Positions 61,461 to 64,000 of a stretch of 64,000 bases of DNA are shown here, piece by piece; the first letter of the stretch is position 1; each line of letters starts with the position of its first letter. The notes under the pieces were generated by a model. That model was not told the origin of the DNA and searched no databases. It was given only the letters and a program-made list of their open reading frames with translations. The position numbers and the translations under genes are program-made. Source of the DNA: Octopus sinensis (lineage: Eukaryota); assembly GCF_006345805.1 (NCBI RefSeq), contig NW_021832396.1:4873-68872 (forward strand), in the 5' to 3' direction.

Positions 61461-61709
61461 ATACAAAATAAGAAAATGGAGAAATACATCCAATTCAAAT
61501 ATCAACTACCAGATAATACCCAATCACATAATTTATTAAAATAACTACATATGAACATCAAGGTCTCCTTCATGTACACTGTTTTGTTCTATATTATTAT
61601 GTTTGACCTTAAAGTTTCTTATGTGGTGGTTCAATAAATTATGTGATTGGGTATTATCTGGTAATTGATATTTGATTTGGATGTATTTCCCCATTTTCTT
61701 ATTTTGTAT
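61461..61709. repeat. About 79-bp inverted repeat with a spacer of about 90 bp
   Basis: 61461-61539 is the reverse complement of 61630-61709 with 4 mismatches. Confidence 0.92.
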
Positions 61710-62908
61710 TATTAATTTGTGGTGAAACATATAATACATATAATACAGTAAATTAATTAATTGCATCGCAATTCTTAACATTTATGTATTAACTTTGTTG
61801 GGTGCTTCACTAGCAGTATATTGGATATATGTTATCCCATGGAGGGTTGCATTTACACACATATTAATATATATACACACACATATCCATATATATATAT
61901 ACACACACATACACACACATGCACATATCAATATATATACACACACACATATCCATATATATATATACACACACACATATCCATATATATATATATATAC
62001 ACACACATACACACACATGCACATATTAATATATATACACACACACATATCCATATATATATATACACACACGCATGCACACACACATATCCATATATAT
62101 ATATACACACACACACGCACACACATATCAATATACACACACACATATCAATATATACACACACGCACACACACACACACACATATCCATATATATATAC
62201 ACACACACACGGACACACATATCAATATATACACACACACACACATATCCATATACACACACACATCTATATATATATCCATATTCATCATCATAAACAT
62301 CATCGTTTAACATCCGCTTTCCATGCTAGCATGGGTTGGACGATGTGATTGGGGAGTGGTGAACCAGATGGCTGCGCCAGGCTCCAGTCTGATCTGGCAG
62401 TGTTTCTACAGCTGGATGCCCTTCCTAATGCCAACCACTCCGAGAGTGTAGTGGGTGCTTTTACATGGCACCGACACGAGGGCCAGTCTGGCGGTACTGG
62501 CAACGGCCACGCTCGAAATGGGGTTTTTTACGTGCCGCCTGCACAGGAGTCAGTCCAGCGGCACTGGCAGTGACCTCACTCGAATGTTTTGTTCCCGTAC
62601 CACTGGCACAAGTGCCAGTAAGGCGACGCTGGTACCAATCATGCTCAAATGGTGCTTTTTATGTCCCCACCGGCACGGAAGCCAGACAGCTTCTCTGGCA
62701 TTGCTCCCACTAGGATGGAGCTGTTAGCTCCTGTGTGGTAAGTAGCTTGCTTACCAACCACATGGTTCTGGGTTCAGTCACCCGGATATTTTACTAAATT
62801 ACATTTCCTTCTTCAGATCCTGTTGCAAACTGATAAGTACTTGACCTAAATAAGTGTTTATGTTTATGACTAACTAATTCAGCTTGGGAGAGACAAGCAC
62901 AGGCATTT

Positions 62909-63040
62909 CCTGTGTTATGGTCACCCCACGTTATGGGAGTTCCTGTGTTATGGTCACCCCAGGTTATGGGAGTTCCTGTGTTATGGTCACCCCAGGTTAT
63001 GGGAGTTTCTGTGTTATGGTCACCCCAGGTTATGGGAGTT
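62909..63040. repeat. 33-bp minisatellite, 4 copies
   Basis: Unit tcctgtgttatggtcaccccaggttatgggagt. Confidence 0.92.
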
Positions 63041-63288
63041 CACACTTAGAAAAAATTATTAAGTATGGCTATTACTATTTTACTATTTTATTCTACTTGT
63101 TTCAGTCATTTGATTGCAGCCATGCCGGAGCACCGCCTTTAGTTGAGCGAATCGACCCTGGAACTTATTCTTTGTAGGCCTAGTTCTTATTCTATCGGTC
63201 GCTTTTGCCAAACCGCTAAGTAACAGGGACATAAACACACCAGCATCGGTTGTCAAGCAATGCTAGGGGGACAAACACAAACTCACAC

Positions 63289-63370
<82 letters not shown>

Positions 63371-63528
63371 ACGGAGTAAGCACATAAATGTGAAACAAGG
63401 TGGAAAAAAGAGTACTCAAATACCAGAGGTAGAGTAATATGCTTTATTTAAAAGCATACTGTCCTCCGAACGGGAACGTGAAACTCTGAGTAACAGCTTT
63501 TGTTATATTTCTGCTGCTTTTAAATAAA

Positions 63529-63655
<127 letters not shown>

Positions 63656-63862
63656 TCTCTTATCAGATAAGAGAAAAAAATCTATCAGAAAGGAACTCTA
63701 TCTCTCTTAAAAAATATCTTTTGATAAGCATAACAAATGCGCAACCGGTAAAAAGAACTTTCACCTAATTAAATACACTCTCCCTTACTTAAATTATTTT
63801 GTCAGCATTTTCTTCATTTCCTTTTTTTATATATCACAACTCGTGTTCCACATCTCCTTTTT

Positions 63863-63931
<69 letters not shown>

Positions 63932-64000
63932 TATATATACATACATATATACACACATATATATACATATATATATACATTATCCTCATCATCGTTTAGC

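Overview
Repeat-dense, AT-rich eukaryotic DNA. It is most likely an octopus (cephalopod) genome, inferred from the SINE families and the very long (TA)n/(GT)n/(ATT)n microsatellites; no database search was possible. Most ORFs in the supplied track are microsatellite or satellite artefacts. One real multi-exon gene could be assembled by hand on the + strand at about 16.9-27.8 kb. It has a signal-peptide exon (16892-16937), two tandemly duplicated modules each made of a short exon plus a 249-bp Cys-rich Ig-like exon (17721-17759 + 19823-20071; 21426-21482 + 23942-24190), and three tandem copies of a terminal transmembrane/cytoplasmic exon. Copy A (24569-24783) is intact. Copy B (25866-26208) has a 27-bp glycosylation-repeat stalk and one 1-bp frameshift. 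Copy C (27199-27818) is degenerate. All coding junctions are GT-AG and phase 1, so the exons are freely combinable; isoform A is a 284-aa type I membrane protein. TM exons A and B differ at 27 of 54 aligned residues but at only 3 purely synonymous codons, while their non-coding flanks are about 95% identical, which suggests diversifying selection on alternative signalling ends. The rest of the window is a transposon landscape: R4/Dong LINEs targeted to (TAA)n, RTE and L1/Tx1 relics, four SINE families, Merlin-like MITEs and transposase relics, maT/Tc1 fragments, Helitrons, and several tandem arrays (111/333 bp, about 150 bp, 32/64 bp, 63 bp), most of which grew out of transposon sequence.
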